This document shows, one piece after another, positions 31,586 to 46,036 of a stretch of 64,000 nucleotides of DNA. Position numbers and translations under genes: made by a program. Origin of the DNA: the human T2T-CHM13v2.0 reference genome, Homo sapiens; NCBI RefSeq assembly GCF_009914755.1, contig NC_060947.1, one strand, 5' to 3'. The notes below the pieces were generated by a model. It saw only the letters and a list, made by a program, of their open reading frames with translations, ran no database searches and had not been told where the DNA came from. Numbering within the stretch: position 1 is the first letter of the stretch; each line of letters opens with the position of its first letter.

Positions 31586-33091
31586 CATGAATAAGCATTA
31601 TGCAACCAGAATATGAGAGTTTGCGCCTATCTTTGCAAAATTTTCACACTTTGATACTTAATTTCCCTCAAATTAAGGTATGCATGATGGTTTTAAGATG
31701 AGAGAAGGAAGTTTAAAAATGAGTTTTAGTATTTCTTTTTGTTTGCTGATGAGGGATACATGAAACAATAATTTCCTTGTCTGTAAGTTACTCCCTGATC
31801 TGCAGTGATTCTTTATGCTATAATGTGGTTATCATTACTGACATTTATTTGTGTAGTGACTAGAGGTAATCTCAGTTTTGGACATGGATGAGTTCTTATT
31901 CTCTAGAAAATAATCCATCCACTTGTTTCCACTTTAAAGAAAATTAGGTAACTGTGATATAGGGGTAAAGATAAAGCTAAATAGGGCCTGCTTTGCTTGA
32001 CCACCAAAATATTAGCTCAGCTGCCTTTTGAGAGAATTTGTGTAAGTCTACGTAATCTTACTAGGCAAGGAAAATTCCTCACAGCTGGCTTCTGAACTTC
32101 TTTGAATTTCATGTATTCTATGATGGCATTCAAGAAGTTTAAAATAGTGTTATTCAGAATCCTAAGTATTCATCATAACTGATGCTGTGTCTGCTGAGTG
32201 ACAGAAACGTCACTGCCTTAATTCTAGCCCCCACTACCACTTACCTGCATAACTGTATTAGCCTCACATCCCAACCCTTTAAGTGTTTTAGCTTGGGGTA
32301 TTAGGTGTTCTACTGTACGTATCTAGTAGTCTTTGCTATTCAGCACCTTGCTGCTCAACTGGCTTTCCTTATGTACGGTTCTGATTCCAATACCTCCTGG
32401 TTCATAGACGTTTAATAACCACCCATTGTCTATATATTCCACTACTTGATCTTTAAATCATGCATGGCCTAGTTCCAGTGTACTTTCCCAGTTTTGTATG
32501 CCAGTGTTCTCTTTCATGTAATACATGTGATAGTTCCTGACTTCCTCAGCTTTATCTAAGTACTAAGGGCCTTCAGCGCATAGCTCAAGTCTAATCCCTG
32601 AAGCTTGTCACTTAAGGTCTTTGTCACTTAAGAAATTACATGTATTACCTGAAGCCAGGGTGCCTGAGAAGAGCCTACCAAGCTATAATCTTTTTCCTGT
32701 TCCCCTCCATATATGTCCAGTCTGTAGGGGTGGGTTTCTTCTCTAATTTACTTAAGCTTCCAGCCTATTTAATTAAATTAGGACATCCTCATTGATCCTC
32801 AGCCCTGTTGGTTGGGCCCCTGAATGCAACCCATTTAATTTTGGCTCTGAATACAAGGCTCCCTGTTTGGGCAATTGTCCAAACAATTGCCTAGAGATCT
32901 AAATTCTTAGGTTCTTGCCAGTTTCATCTCCTATCATTACAGCACATGATATTGTTATTTACCATTCGGCTTCAATTTTCTCTGCTTGTTCTCTATGTGA
33001 GAACAAGTTCTCTTGTTCTCTGCTTGTTCTCATATGTGAATGCTAGCCTGGAATGTACTTAACTTTACCATATCCTTGATTTGGCGTTAGA

Positions 33092-33306
33092 GCAGGGCAT
33101 AGCAAACTAAGGCCCTTGGGCCAATGCAGCCCAACCATTTTTTTTAAGTAAAGTTTTAATGCAGCACAGCCATCCCCATTCATTTACTTACTGTCTGTGA
33201 CTGCACTACAATGGGAGAGTTGAGTAGTTGCAACAGAGACAATGTAACCTGTAAAGCCTTAAATATTTACTTCTGAACCTTTACAGAAAATGTTTGTTGA
33301 TCCCTG
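33092..33306. mobile_element. MER58A-like hAT-Charlie MITE
   Basis: cagggcatagcaaact ... tttgttgatccctg. Confidence 0.75.
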
Positions 33307-34462
33307 ATCTAAAGCCAAGCAGTTCTCTCGACCTAGATACTGCTTATTCTTTGATAATTTCCCATTCCCATCTTGTTAACCAATAAGGCCAGTTCATTGA
33401 GACTATGAAGATAGCTTCCAACCCATTCAAACTATTTGCTTTTTCTTGAATTTCCCTGCCTTCTCTTTCTCACCTTCCTAGAATGCTATTTCCTTGTGTT
33501 TTGCTTTTTAGCAGAAGAGATGAAATAGTATTAAAGACTGTAAGAGTAGTCTCATGATGTCTTTTAATTTAATATCTAGGCCCTAATACACAACTCTTTG
33601 AATATTGCTACTATCTTTCAGCATGACTTTCCAATACCATTAAGATTAAGCCTTTCTGTTCTTCAGTTTCTCTAACTCAAGTCTTCTAAGCTCCACAGCT
33701 TCCAACATCTTTAATTACCAGATCTTCCCAATATTATAACATCCGTGCATTCCAGTCCCTGTCCTGCAGCATCTCCAATGCCCTTGTTTTCTAAACTTCC
33801 CAGTATTCAAGTCATTAAAAATTTAGGTCTTCTAATATCTCCAACAACCCATCTTCAAAGTCCAGGTCTTGTCTTTCAGAATCCAGAGTTCTAAATTACA
33901 AGTCTTCCATGGTCCTAATCCTCCAATGTCTCCTATATACAGGTCTTCTAGAGGCTATGTATTTCATAGTGTTTAAGTCTAGATTCTTCAATGTCTTCCA
34001 GCACTTACATCATTCAGTTTTTACATTTTTAAATGTCTCCTACTTTCTAGTTTTACAGTGTATTTTTATCGCCAATTCCTCCAATGCCCAAGTCTTTAAA
34101 TACCTGCAAGAACTTTCAGGTACATCAATATCCTCAATGTCTGAATGAATAGACCTCTTAATATCCTGGTCTCATATTGTCCAGGCTGCCAGTATTCTTG
34201 ACATCCAGCATCTTTAAAATTTAATTCTTCCAAACTGTCTTTTTGACATAAATATGTCAATATCCATGCTTACCAATGTCTCCCAATATCCAGGGCTTCT
34301 CATTTTAGGATTTATAAATGTCTACATCTGCTGTTGTTTATATCTGCCAGTATTTAGGAGTTCCAAGGTACAGGACTTACAATATCTCTAATTTCCAGAG
34401 ATTTCAGTGTCTATGACTTCCAATATTCAATATCCCAATGTTCAGGGCCTCCAGAAATATCA

Positions 34463-34729
<267 letters not shown>

Positions 34730-34853
34730 TCAAGTCTTCCAGCAAATCCAGTCTTCCAGCAATTACTGGTCTTCCACCAAATCCAGATCTTCCAGGAAAA
34801 TCCACGTCTTCCAGGAAATCCATGTCTTCCAATAATTTCAAGGTCTTCCATCA

Positions 34854-35827
<974 letters not shown>

Positions 35828-35830
35828 GTC

Positions 35831-35853
35831 TTCCAGCATCTCCAGGGCTTCCA
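35831..35853 (+). promoter_or_regulatory. miR-671-5p near-perfect target site (AGO2 slicing site) in ciRS-7
   Basis: TTCCAGCATCTCCAGGGCTTCCA versus the complement of miR-671-5p as recalled (CTCCAGCCCCTCCAGGGCTTCCT): perfect pairing of miRNA nt 2-14, two G:U wobbles, one mismatch, t1A. Confidence 0.9.
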
Positions 35854-36543
35854 GCATCTGCTCGTCTTCCAACATCTCCACGTCTTCCAGCATCTCTGTG
35901 TCTTCCAGCATCTTCATGTCTTCCAACAACTACCCAGTCTTCCATCAACTGGCTCAATATCCATGTCTTCCAACGTCTCCAGTGTGCTGATCTTCTGACA
36001 TTCAGGTCTTCCAGTGTCTGCAATATCCAGGTATTCTAACATGTTCTATAGTCCAGATCTTCCAGCCTTTCCCCAGGTCCAGGCCTTTTCAAATCTAGGC
36101 TTCCCCTGTCTGAGCCTTCCCATGTTAAAATCACTCTACAGAAAAATCTTCCAACTCAACTATTTCTGCTTCTAGTTGAATTAGCTTCAAAAACATTTAA
36201 TGGGACATTCCTCCTTATAGACCAGATCTTATGAACCAACAGTACTGCAGTTTGTGTTTTTTACTATTAGGAAATGTGTGTTTAATCCCTACAACTTTTA
36301 AAAGTAATGTCCATAATAAAACTTCTGCAGAATAAACAGATAGGACTGCTGCAATAAATTTTACTACTTCACTAGTGCTTACGGTTTTTATACAGTTTAC
36401 TATGTTTAGGTCTAAGTGAAATTTTTATTTAATGAGAAAAATTCCTGTTTAAGACTGGTATTTTAGGTAAAGTTAACATGTAGAGTATTATTTGTCCATT
36501 TTAAATGATATTAATTTTTATCATTGGTCTTACATGACCAAAG

Positions 36544-36840
36544 AATAATAATAATATAATAATAATAATAATAATAATAACAACAACAACACTTAACATA
36601 GCATTTGCTACATCCAGGCACTGTTCTCAGATCCTTACATGCATTAACTCATTTAATCTATTTAATCTTCACAACAACCCATTGAAGCTAGGTACCATCA
36701 TTATCCCTATTTTACAGATGAGGAAACTGGCACACAGAGGTGAAGTAAATTTTGTCCACAGGACACAACTACTAAATAATGGAGCCAGATTTAAACCCGG
36801 CTAGCCTGTTGTGAGAGTCCATGATTGTAACCACTATGCT
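36544..36840 (-). mobile_element. MIR SINE downstream of circRNA exon, inverted relative to the upstream MIR
   Basis: (AAT)n tail, ccaggcactgtt, ttttacagatgaggaaactg = reverse-complement MIR core. Confidence 0.88.
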
Positions 36841-37611
36841 ATAATATCTGCTGTTTAAAATCATGATAGAATGATGTGATCCAAAGGTTGATTGCTTCCA
36901 CATTTTGTGTAGAATATTATACAATCCCGTATACAAATGGTCTCGCTTGATCCTGTCACTGCCAGAGTCTGTTTGTATGCACAGCTTTTATTCCCCAACC
37001 AGCTACTACCATTCCCTTGGACCTGTATATGGAAGTAGGTGCAAACACTTTCTGATACCATTTTCAGTTTTGGCAGGAAGAATATAAGGAAGCACTGAGT
37101 TCAATTACCCTTTGCTTCAGAATCATATTCATAGCTCCATGCTTCGAGTACTGGTGCTTGGAATTTAACTCTTCTATCTATTTGAATCCCCTTTTACTGA
37201 CTTTTGTCCAGTTTGCACCTTACTATGTGGAGCACTTACCATTAGTTTGTTTCTAACCTCCAGCATCTACCTGCTTCAAATATCGCAACCTCCTGGGTTC
37301 CTGGCCACTGCCTTGTATCCGACTAATGGTAGCTGCAACTCCTTAAATCCCAGCATGCTGATCTGGAGAACCAAGTAGTTGGTTCTCTAAGTCTCAGCTC
37401 CCACCAGGTGCCTTCAGCAATGTTGCTACCCATGCTTCTGGCTGGCATGAAAAGCATGAAAACCACATAATTAAATTTTTACAGTTAGGCAGGGACTCTC
37501 TAAAGATTTAAAATCCTCTATGTGATAACAAAAAGGAACAATGATAATGCCAATTAAAATAGAAATACCTTCTGAATGTCTAATGATTTATACTTTACAA
37601 AGTGCTGTCAC

Positions 37612-37815
37612 CTCATTCATTCAACAAATATTTATTGAGCGCTAACTGTATGCCAGGCATGTTTTGATAAAGCTTAAAATCGTCTGTGGGAAACAACATA
37701 CAGATAATTGGAAAATTATTTATCAATTGTTAAGGCCATGAAGAAAAAGTAACTGAGAGTCTGGAAAATCAAGGAAAGCATTCCTAAAGAAGTAATATTT
37801 ATTGTGACTCTGAAG
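37612..37815 (-). mobile_element. L2 3' end
   Basis: tcattcattcaacaaatatttattgagcgctaactgtatgccaggca. Confidence 0.8.
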
Positions 37816-40127
37816 AATCTATATTGTCATTTGGTTCTCACAATATAGCCTTGTGACTTAAATAAAACAGATTTTTTGTATATCAGTTTTACTAATCTGA
37901 GTGCTAACAATAGCCATGGGACCCAGCTGTTTTGACCTCTTTATTTTCCCTGCTACTCATTTTGCCTTAAAATATATATGAAGTACTATTTGAAAATTTA
38001 TATCAAGGGATATAAAAATGTACTTTTTGGTTTAGTATATTCCACTTCAAGGAATCTGTCCAAGGAAATTATCTAAAATGTGGATAATTCACACACAAAG
38101 ATACTCCTCACATAGTTATTTGGTATAGTGAAAAACAGAAAAACCTTAGTCTAACATTCAGGGAATGATTAAGTAAATGTGCCATGTACCTATGATGGAA
38201 TATTCTTCCATTAAAATGCTATGGCATATTCATTTTATAAGTTAAGTGAAAAATCATCAGCATACAAGGTTACATAAAGTGTGATGGCAACTATTTTAAA
38301 ATATATAATCAGTGACAAATGACTAGAAGTAAATGTATTGGGGACTGTAAACTAATTATTACTGGATGGGTTGCATTATGTATGATTTTATTTTCTTCTA
38401 TATATTCTTTTAAGTTCTTACAATGTACAGGTATTTTCTATTCAGGAAAAATATTTAAACAATTGTGCACAAAACTATTCATCTTTTTTCTTGTACATGG
38501 AATCAAGCTTTACTGTTGGAAACACTTCAAAATATATGTTAGCAAAGTGAAAAAAAACAAATTCTCAAATAATTTCAGTATCTAGAGATAATCACTGTAA
38601 GGATTTTCGTGTATGCTCTTGTAGGCACTTTTACTAGCATATTTTCTTGTACAAAATGTAATCATACTGCAATTTAACCTATTTCTTTCTTACACTTAAT
38701 AAATTGTGAACAACTTTCTATGTCAGTAACTGTGCAGCTATGTAATAATTTTAATATATAATTTACTTACTCCATCTCCTATTGGTGAGCATTAAGTTCC
38801 TTCCAATTTTCTTGTATTATAAAAACTTCTGTGATCAGCACATACTTTATGTAAGGTGTGAAGAACACAAACTGTGTCATTCTACGTGGTGTTCCTGTAC
38901 ATATTTGTGTGCAGATGTGTTTGGGTATTACTTAGGATAAATTTCTAAAAGGAGAGTTGCTGAGCCAAACAAGACCATGTGCATCATAATGTTCATCACA
39001 GCAAAAAAATTACAAGCAATCATGTGTCTAACAGTTGGGGTGGTTAGAAAATTATATTGTAACTATCTAATGGAATACTGTGTGGTCATTTAAATTTATA
39101 TCATGGAAGAATATTTACCAAAATGGGAATATGTTCATAAGGTATCATCAGTGAGAGAAATAGGTCACAAAAAATACGTATAATATTCATGTTTCATAGA
39201 AGGAAAACTAAATACCTTCGGGAAAATAACTAGAAGATACACACTAAAATGTTGTTAGTAGTAAAAGTCCCAAAAAGAAAATGGATAAATCATGGTATAT
39301 TTCACGTAAAATATTATATAGTCATTATATGAATGTTCTACAGCTACACATAACAATATGGGTAGATTTTACTTCTAGAATATTAAGATATCAAGTCTCA
39401 AAAGACTACATATAGTAGGATATCCTTTTTATATTATTCAAAAACAGGTAAAACTAAGCACTATATTATTTAGGGCTACATACACATAGCATACAAATAA
39501 TTTATTAAAAAGCAAAAAAAAAATTGAAGATGATGGTCACTGGGGTTGAGGAAATAGGGTCAGAATATGGGAGGACAATGTACATGAATTCATATTATGG
39601 TTAACATTCTAGTACTCGTGTGTTGGGTAGTGGTTGGTGTCATTATGTAATTGAAATCCCATTATTATTTAATAATTTTATGATTATTATTAACATTAAA
39701 TAAAAAGGCAAGTTAATGAGTAAAAATAAAAGAGGGCCTTGCATGAATCAATGAGACACTGTGCACAATCTAAGGATTATTAATCCCTTTCTGTACATTT
39801 GTCTTTCATTATTTTTTAAAGTAATTTATCTGTGGGTAGTAAGACTACATGGGATTTTTATTCTCTTTTGGTTCTTTGCTCTCGAAATGTTCTATTTTGA
39901 ACATGTGTTATTTTCAAAATTAAAATATATTTAAACTTTATGTTAATGTGTTTTTATTGATATAGGAAAATACAATATTATATTTATTGAAAAACAAGCT
40001 CAAAATTACATAGCGCATGATCCAAAATATGTTGAAAATACATAACAGGGAGTGAAAAGAAAAGTGTTGATATGTTAACAATAGTTGCTTCTGTGTAGTC
40101 AGATTTCAAATCACTTTTTTTCTGTTT

Positions 40128-40300
40128 CCATATATACACATATATGTGTATATATGTATATTCCATATATACACATATATGTATCTATATTCCATATATA
40201 CACATATATGTATATATGTATATTCCATATATGCATATTCCATATATATACACATATATACACATATATGTGTATATATATATATGTGTGTGTGTGTGTG
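40128..40300. repeat. (TA)/(TG)-rich microsatellite complex
   Basis: catatatacacatatatgt units followed by (TG)n. Confidence 0.9.
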
Positions 40301-41424
40301 TTTTATAGGGTGGGCTTATTTTTTGTTATAAAAGTAATATATGTTTATAGTAAAAAGTAAAAAAAAGCAGTAGTGTATAAAGTAAAAAGTGAAAATATCC
40401 TTCTCCTAATCCTATCTATCTCCCAGAGATAGCCATGACTCTTTGTTTTGTTACCTTCCTCATACTTTTTTTATTTACTTGAATGTATTCTCATGTGTTT
40501 TAGAAAATGAAAATACGTAACGGAGTGAGAAGAAAAGTGTTGATATGTTATTATTAACATTAAATGTTATAATAATAGAATAATAATATTATTAACATTA
40601 AATTAACATCCTATACATATATTCTACAACTTGCTTTTTTCCTGCTCTGTAGAAAGTCATTTTATAAAACAGCTACAGGAAATTTCAGAGTAGGGTGTAC
40701 TGTATTATTTATTCAATTCTTTCCACATTAGATCTTTAGGTTGTTAACAGTTTGTAGCTATTATAGATAATGCTATATAAAGCATCTTTACAATCTATTA
40801 TTTATTTAATTCTTTCCACATGATCTTTTGGTTGTTAACAGTTTGTTGCTAATATAGATAATGATATATAAAGCATCTTTACAATTTTTTTGCACTTTTA
40901 CAAGGATTTTAAAGAGCTAGTACCTGAGAAATAAAATTTCTGGATCAACATGTTTGAGCTAAATTGCCCTCCTGGCATGCTGAATGCTATTATTTTTGAC
41001 TTTTGTCAGTATTTTGGATGGAAAATCTAATCTCATTCCTTTAAATTATTTTTCTCTAATAATTTGTAAAGTTAAGCAACTTTTCATACATTTACTAGCT
41101 ATTTTTATTTCTTCTTTAAGAAATTGCTTGTTTGTATCCTTTACCTATTCTTTTGTTGTGTCATTTGTCTTTTTTTATTATTAATTTGTAGATCTCTGGA
41201 TATTGGAGCTGATATCCTTTTGTCTGGTGTATATTGCAAATGTTTATCATTTGTCTTTTAAATTTATTCATGGTGCTATTTACTATAAAGAAGATTTAAT
41301 TATGTAAATAGACAAACATTTTAATCTTTTATAGTTTCTTGTTTTTGTTTCATATTTAGATAGGCTTCTGCACTCCCAAGATTAAAAAAGTATTCTCCTA
41401 TATATTCTTCTAATCAAAAAATAT

Positions 41425-41547
41425 ATTTTTTGAGATATCGTCTTTCTGTGTTGTCCACACTGGTCTTGAACTCTTGGGCCAAAGAGATCTTCTTGCCTCA
41501 GCCTCCCGAGTAGCTGGGACTACAGGTGTGGGCCAGTGTGCCTGGTT
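41425..41547 (-). mobile_element. Alu monomer (FLAM-like)
   Basis: tttttgagat...gcctcagcctcccgagtagctgggactacagg...tgtgcctgg. Confidence 0.8.
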
Positions 41548-44500
41548 CTTCCAATATTTTGTACGTTCTTATTGCTTAGTACTCTATGTAGAATTGGCTT
41601 TTCTTTTATAAGTGTTTCTATGGTACAAAGTAGGAATCTAAGCTTATTTTTTTTCAGAAGAGAGAGTCAGTTTTTTTCAACTTACTTATTCAATTGAATT
41701 ATTTCCATACTGATTTGGAATTCTCTTTTTATCATGAACTATATGGGTATATTTTTTTGTTTCTTTTCTGTTCAACTGATAATATTTCTCTAGTACTGAG
41801 CTAGTACCTCACTGCTTTAATTACTGTAGCATTATGTTTTGACATATGATGGGACTGCTTCCCCTACATTATTATTTTTTTCAGAATTTTTCGCTATTCT
41901 TGTGCATCCCATTTTTCCAGATTAATTTTAAAATTAACTCATGAATGCCCATAAAAAATTAATCCCTTGGAAATGCTTCAGACCTTTGAGTAACATGTCA
42001 AGAACTGCCATCTTTATGATAGTGGGTTTTGCATCTAGTAACGAGGGATCTGTCTCAATTTATTTAAATTTACTGTAGTCTCCATTTAGATATTAAAAGA
42101 ATTGTTAGGCTTATTTGTTTATAGTTTTAATTCCTCTTACGTGAATGATATTGCATTTTAAAAATTCATTATCATTAGTGCATAGAAAAGCTATTTAATA
42201 TTTATCTTGTATCCAGGTATCATATTGAACTCTATTCCTAGCTCTAACAGTAGTTTTTATTTTCATTTGATTATCTTGATTTCTTAGATACACAATCATG
42301 CCATTTGTAAATAATAAAACATTTGTCTTTTCCTTGCTAATGTTTGTATCTATTTTTTTTTCTTTTAGCACATTGGTAAAGACTTTATAACTTCCAGGAC
42401 AATGCAGATTGATGTTGATTAATAAAGAGCAGGCAACCTTCTGTTTTTGGCTCTAATAGAAATGCCTCATTGTTTAACTATTATAATTGCCATTGTTTCT
42501 GATAAATGCCCCTTTTCAAGTTATGGAAATGCCCTTCTGTTCTTGATTGACTTATAATTTTATCAGGGATGGATAAAGAATGTTATCAAGATGCCTCTTC
42601 TGGCATCTGACAAGCTGATATCCAGGTGATGATATGGTTATTCTCTCTAATCCATTAATGTAGTTAATTACATAATGTTGAGCTATTCTTAGATTCCTGG
42701 AATAAAACTGATTTGGTAATGGTGTTTTGGTATGTCATTATTTTATTTAGGATATAAAACTCTATATTAACAAATGCCTATAGAAGTGCCCTATTACCTC
42801 TTTCACATCATGGCACCCTGGGGTAAATAGACAAGATTGCTCAGGGCAAAGGCAACTTGGCTTCACAGGATCTGCCTGGTTGACCCAACGTCTTAGGAGA
42901 TAAAGATTACAGTACACATACAACCCATTCACAGGACACCAGTGTGCTGAGGTACACTTGTTGGGAAACTCTTATTTATTGTTTTCCTTTCTGCGATACC
43001 CCTTTCCTGATTTGATATTAGGATTATGATATTTTTGTGAATAAAGATTTTTCTTTTTCCACAATGTAAATAACTTAGACACAAGTTGTTCCTTAAACAA
43101 TTGGTAACACTCACCAATATAACTGTTTTGTCCTAGTACATGCTTGGGGCCTAGAAATTTAAATCTTTCCACTTCTTGTATGATTATTTTATCCAAGATT
43201 TTCTCCTCTTCTGGAGTCAATTTTGTCAAAACTGTCCATTTCATCTGGATTTTCAAATGTATTGATTGGAAATTACACATAATACTTCCTAATGTGCCTT
43301 AATTTGCATATATGTGGCTATATGCTTTTTTATTTTCTCTGGTACGACTTTCCTTAGATTTGTATATTTTATTTTCAGTTATCTATTTTTTTAAAATACC
43401 AAGTGTTTTCAAATATCACTTTCTGCTTTTGTAAATTCCTTCTTGTTACATTCTTTAGTTCTGTTTGATCTCTTTCTAGATTCTCTAGGTAATGTTTAGT
43501 TTACTTTTAATTCTTTCTTTTCTGTTTAGTGCATTTAAGTTAAGTTAAAAAATTTCCTCTAAATACATGTTTGATTGTACCCCATAGTTTTCAGCATTTT
43601 CATGTTTGTTTGTTTGTTTGTTTGTCACCTCATATTTAAAGCTTTGTTTTCCTGTTTAATTCAAGAGTTATTTAGAAGTGTATATATTTCAGTGTGGTTA
43701 GGTTTTAGTTGATGTTTTGCTTCCTATCCCCTTTTCCCTTAATTACTACTTATACTATCTCATGGATGGAGAATGTTTCTTGCATGAGTTATACCTCTTG
43801 GAATATTTTCTTCGTATTCTATATGAAATTTTTATAAATATTCCATGAACAATTGGAGAAAATATATATTTTTTGTTGGGGTAAATATTATATCATGCTT
43901 CTACAAATTAAGTCAAATTAGTTCATTGTTATTCAAATTTTCTATTTTTGTCTGATTTATCTAAATTTTCTAATAAAAATATATAAAATGTCTCACTTCA
44001 TGGTTTTATTACAGTCTCCTATTTCTAACTTTTTTGGCTTGACATATTTGAAATTGCTTTTCAGGGTTTTTTTAATGATTATCTTATTGGATTGTATTAG
44101 TTCACAATGTATATTAATTCAAAAAGATACCTTCCTTGATTTATTTAATGATTTTTGTTTTGACTCTTCTATGCTACCTCTACTTTATCTTTGTTACCAT
44201 TTGCCTACTATATTCATACCAGTATTTTCAGCTTTTCTCTGTTGTTTTGGTTTGGGTATATCTTTTCAAGACTGCATGTGATGAGTTTTTTTACTCGATC
44301 TCGCAATGTCTGCCTTAATATTTCACAATTAAACCTTTCATATTTATTATAATTTGGTAATATTCATTAATTTTTCTGTCTTTTTAAAGTCTTGATAGAT
44401 TTGTCAAAGTATATGTACTTTTTCCTATGCTGGTTTAGAAGTTCGAAATATCACTTCTAATAGTAATTATGCTCAAATAGGTACACATATACATACATAT

Positions 44501-45176
44501 TTATTTTTTACTTTATATACTTTTGTGCAATTGGAACTTTTGAAGTATGTAATATTTTTGTAATAAAAAAAGAGGAAAGAAACATCTGCTTTTTAATGTG
44601 TCTAGTATTTGTTCCTTTGTCACCAATCTCATTCCCCTTGCTTGGTCTATCGTCATCCAAATTTTAGGTCCTTCCACAAATCTCTCAGTCTCTCACTACT
44701 GCCCATCCTGTTTATTGCTACCAGATTAATCTCTTTAAGTATCATTTTTTCATATCACTCAAAAACATACAATTCAAGTTTCATCATTAAATCTAAACAT
44801 CCACATGTGCCCTCCAAGTGCCCATGACCTTCCCTACATAATCATCTTTGTTTTCTACTTGCCCATGGGTTATCTACTCTAGTCAGACTGGTTTTCTCAC
44901 TACCGCATACATCAGTATCTGTTCCCTCCTTTACTTTCATTGATGTTGTTCTCTAAACTTTTTCTGTTTTCTCAGAGTCCTACCCAACCATATCTCTCTC
45001 AGAAGATTTGTTATTCTGTTCCAATAGTTTTCCATCAGGGAACACCTACATCTTCAGGAAGGAGAAATAGTCTGGTTACAAAACTGTGGGAACAAACTTT
45101 ATTTTTGACCCTGAAACCTTCAAACATTTTATTTTGATTGAAAAGAGACATTTTGACCATATATTAAAATTATTTA

Positions 45177-45261
45177 TTAGGTTGGTGCAAAAGTAATTTA
45201 ATTGTGGTTTTTGCTATTAAAAGAAATGGCAAAAATTACAATTACTTTTTCACCAAACTAA
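45177..45261. mobile_element. MADE1 (Hsmar1-derived) MITE
   Basis: TA|ttaggttggtgcaaaagtaatt...aattactttttcaccaaactaa|TA palindrome. Confidence 0.9.
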
Positions 45262-46036
45262 TAACTTTGAGATTGATATTAACCCCTCACCCCAAACCAG
45301 AATTTCCCTTACGCTTCTACCTTAGTAGCAGTGTTGGTCACCATCACCTCAATTTAAATATTTTCCCCAGTTTATGCACTTTTTGAATCCCCCCTACCAG
45401 AGGAAAGTCAGTCTTTCACTTCTTTGAGAGCTGGTTTGACCATGCTAGCATTTACTTCATGATCTTGAGCTCCTCTGGAAGTTTCTATCAGTTTCTCCAG
45501 GACTGAGATGATTCCAACAGGGCCTTTGCTTTCATTTCAGTCAGTGTGGCCCTTCCTGTCCTGGAATGAAACAAGTAATGGGGCCCAAGAACTGTAGGCA
45601 CTGAAAAAATGTACATTTTCTTACTGGTATCACGAATTAATCAGCTTTCTATGATGCTTCTACCCAACAAGATGAGGTCTTTAGCATACTTTGTATTTTC
45701 AATACTTTCACTTCTTCCCCTAACACCTCCTTCAGATGACTCTGCCTGCAAAGTTCCTAATAGAGAGAACAGCTGCAAGCAGTACTATCCTCGCGAGGTG
45801 GAGCTCTTTTGGAACAAAAAAGCTGAATTCTTGCTGAATCACTGACCTTTTTCTAGATTTTAAAATAATTTTGTTTGTTTACACTATGCATTTTTATTTT
45901 AGGACCTTTACTTAATTTTCTTAGTTTTAAAAATTTACTTAGTTTTCTTAATTTCATAGCCACATTAACAGTAATTATTGAGACAATATGTTTTCCTTGT
46001 GACCACTGTGAGCACTAAGTCGTCTCCCTTATTGCA

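Larger units (their letters stand above)
37980..44450. mobile_element. Mosaic of old L1M/L1ME fragments (mixed orientation; mostly minus strand at 40900-44400)
   Basis: Degenerate ORF2-like translation on minus (42972..43280: KLTPEEE..LD..I..E.E) and L1ME-like 3'UTR motifs; boundaries approximate. Confidence 0.65.

Noticed and set aside
32339-32360. REST/NRSE site
   Set aside because: Only the left half-site (TTCAGCACC) is present; no GGACAG right half.
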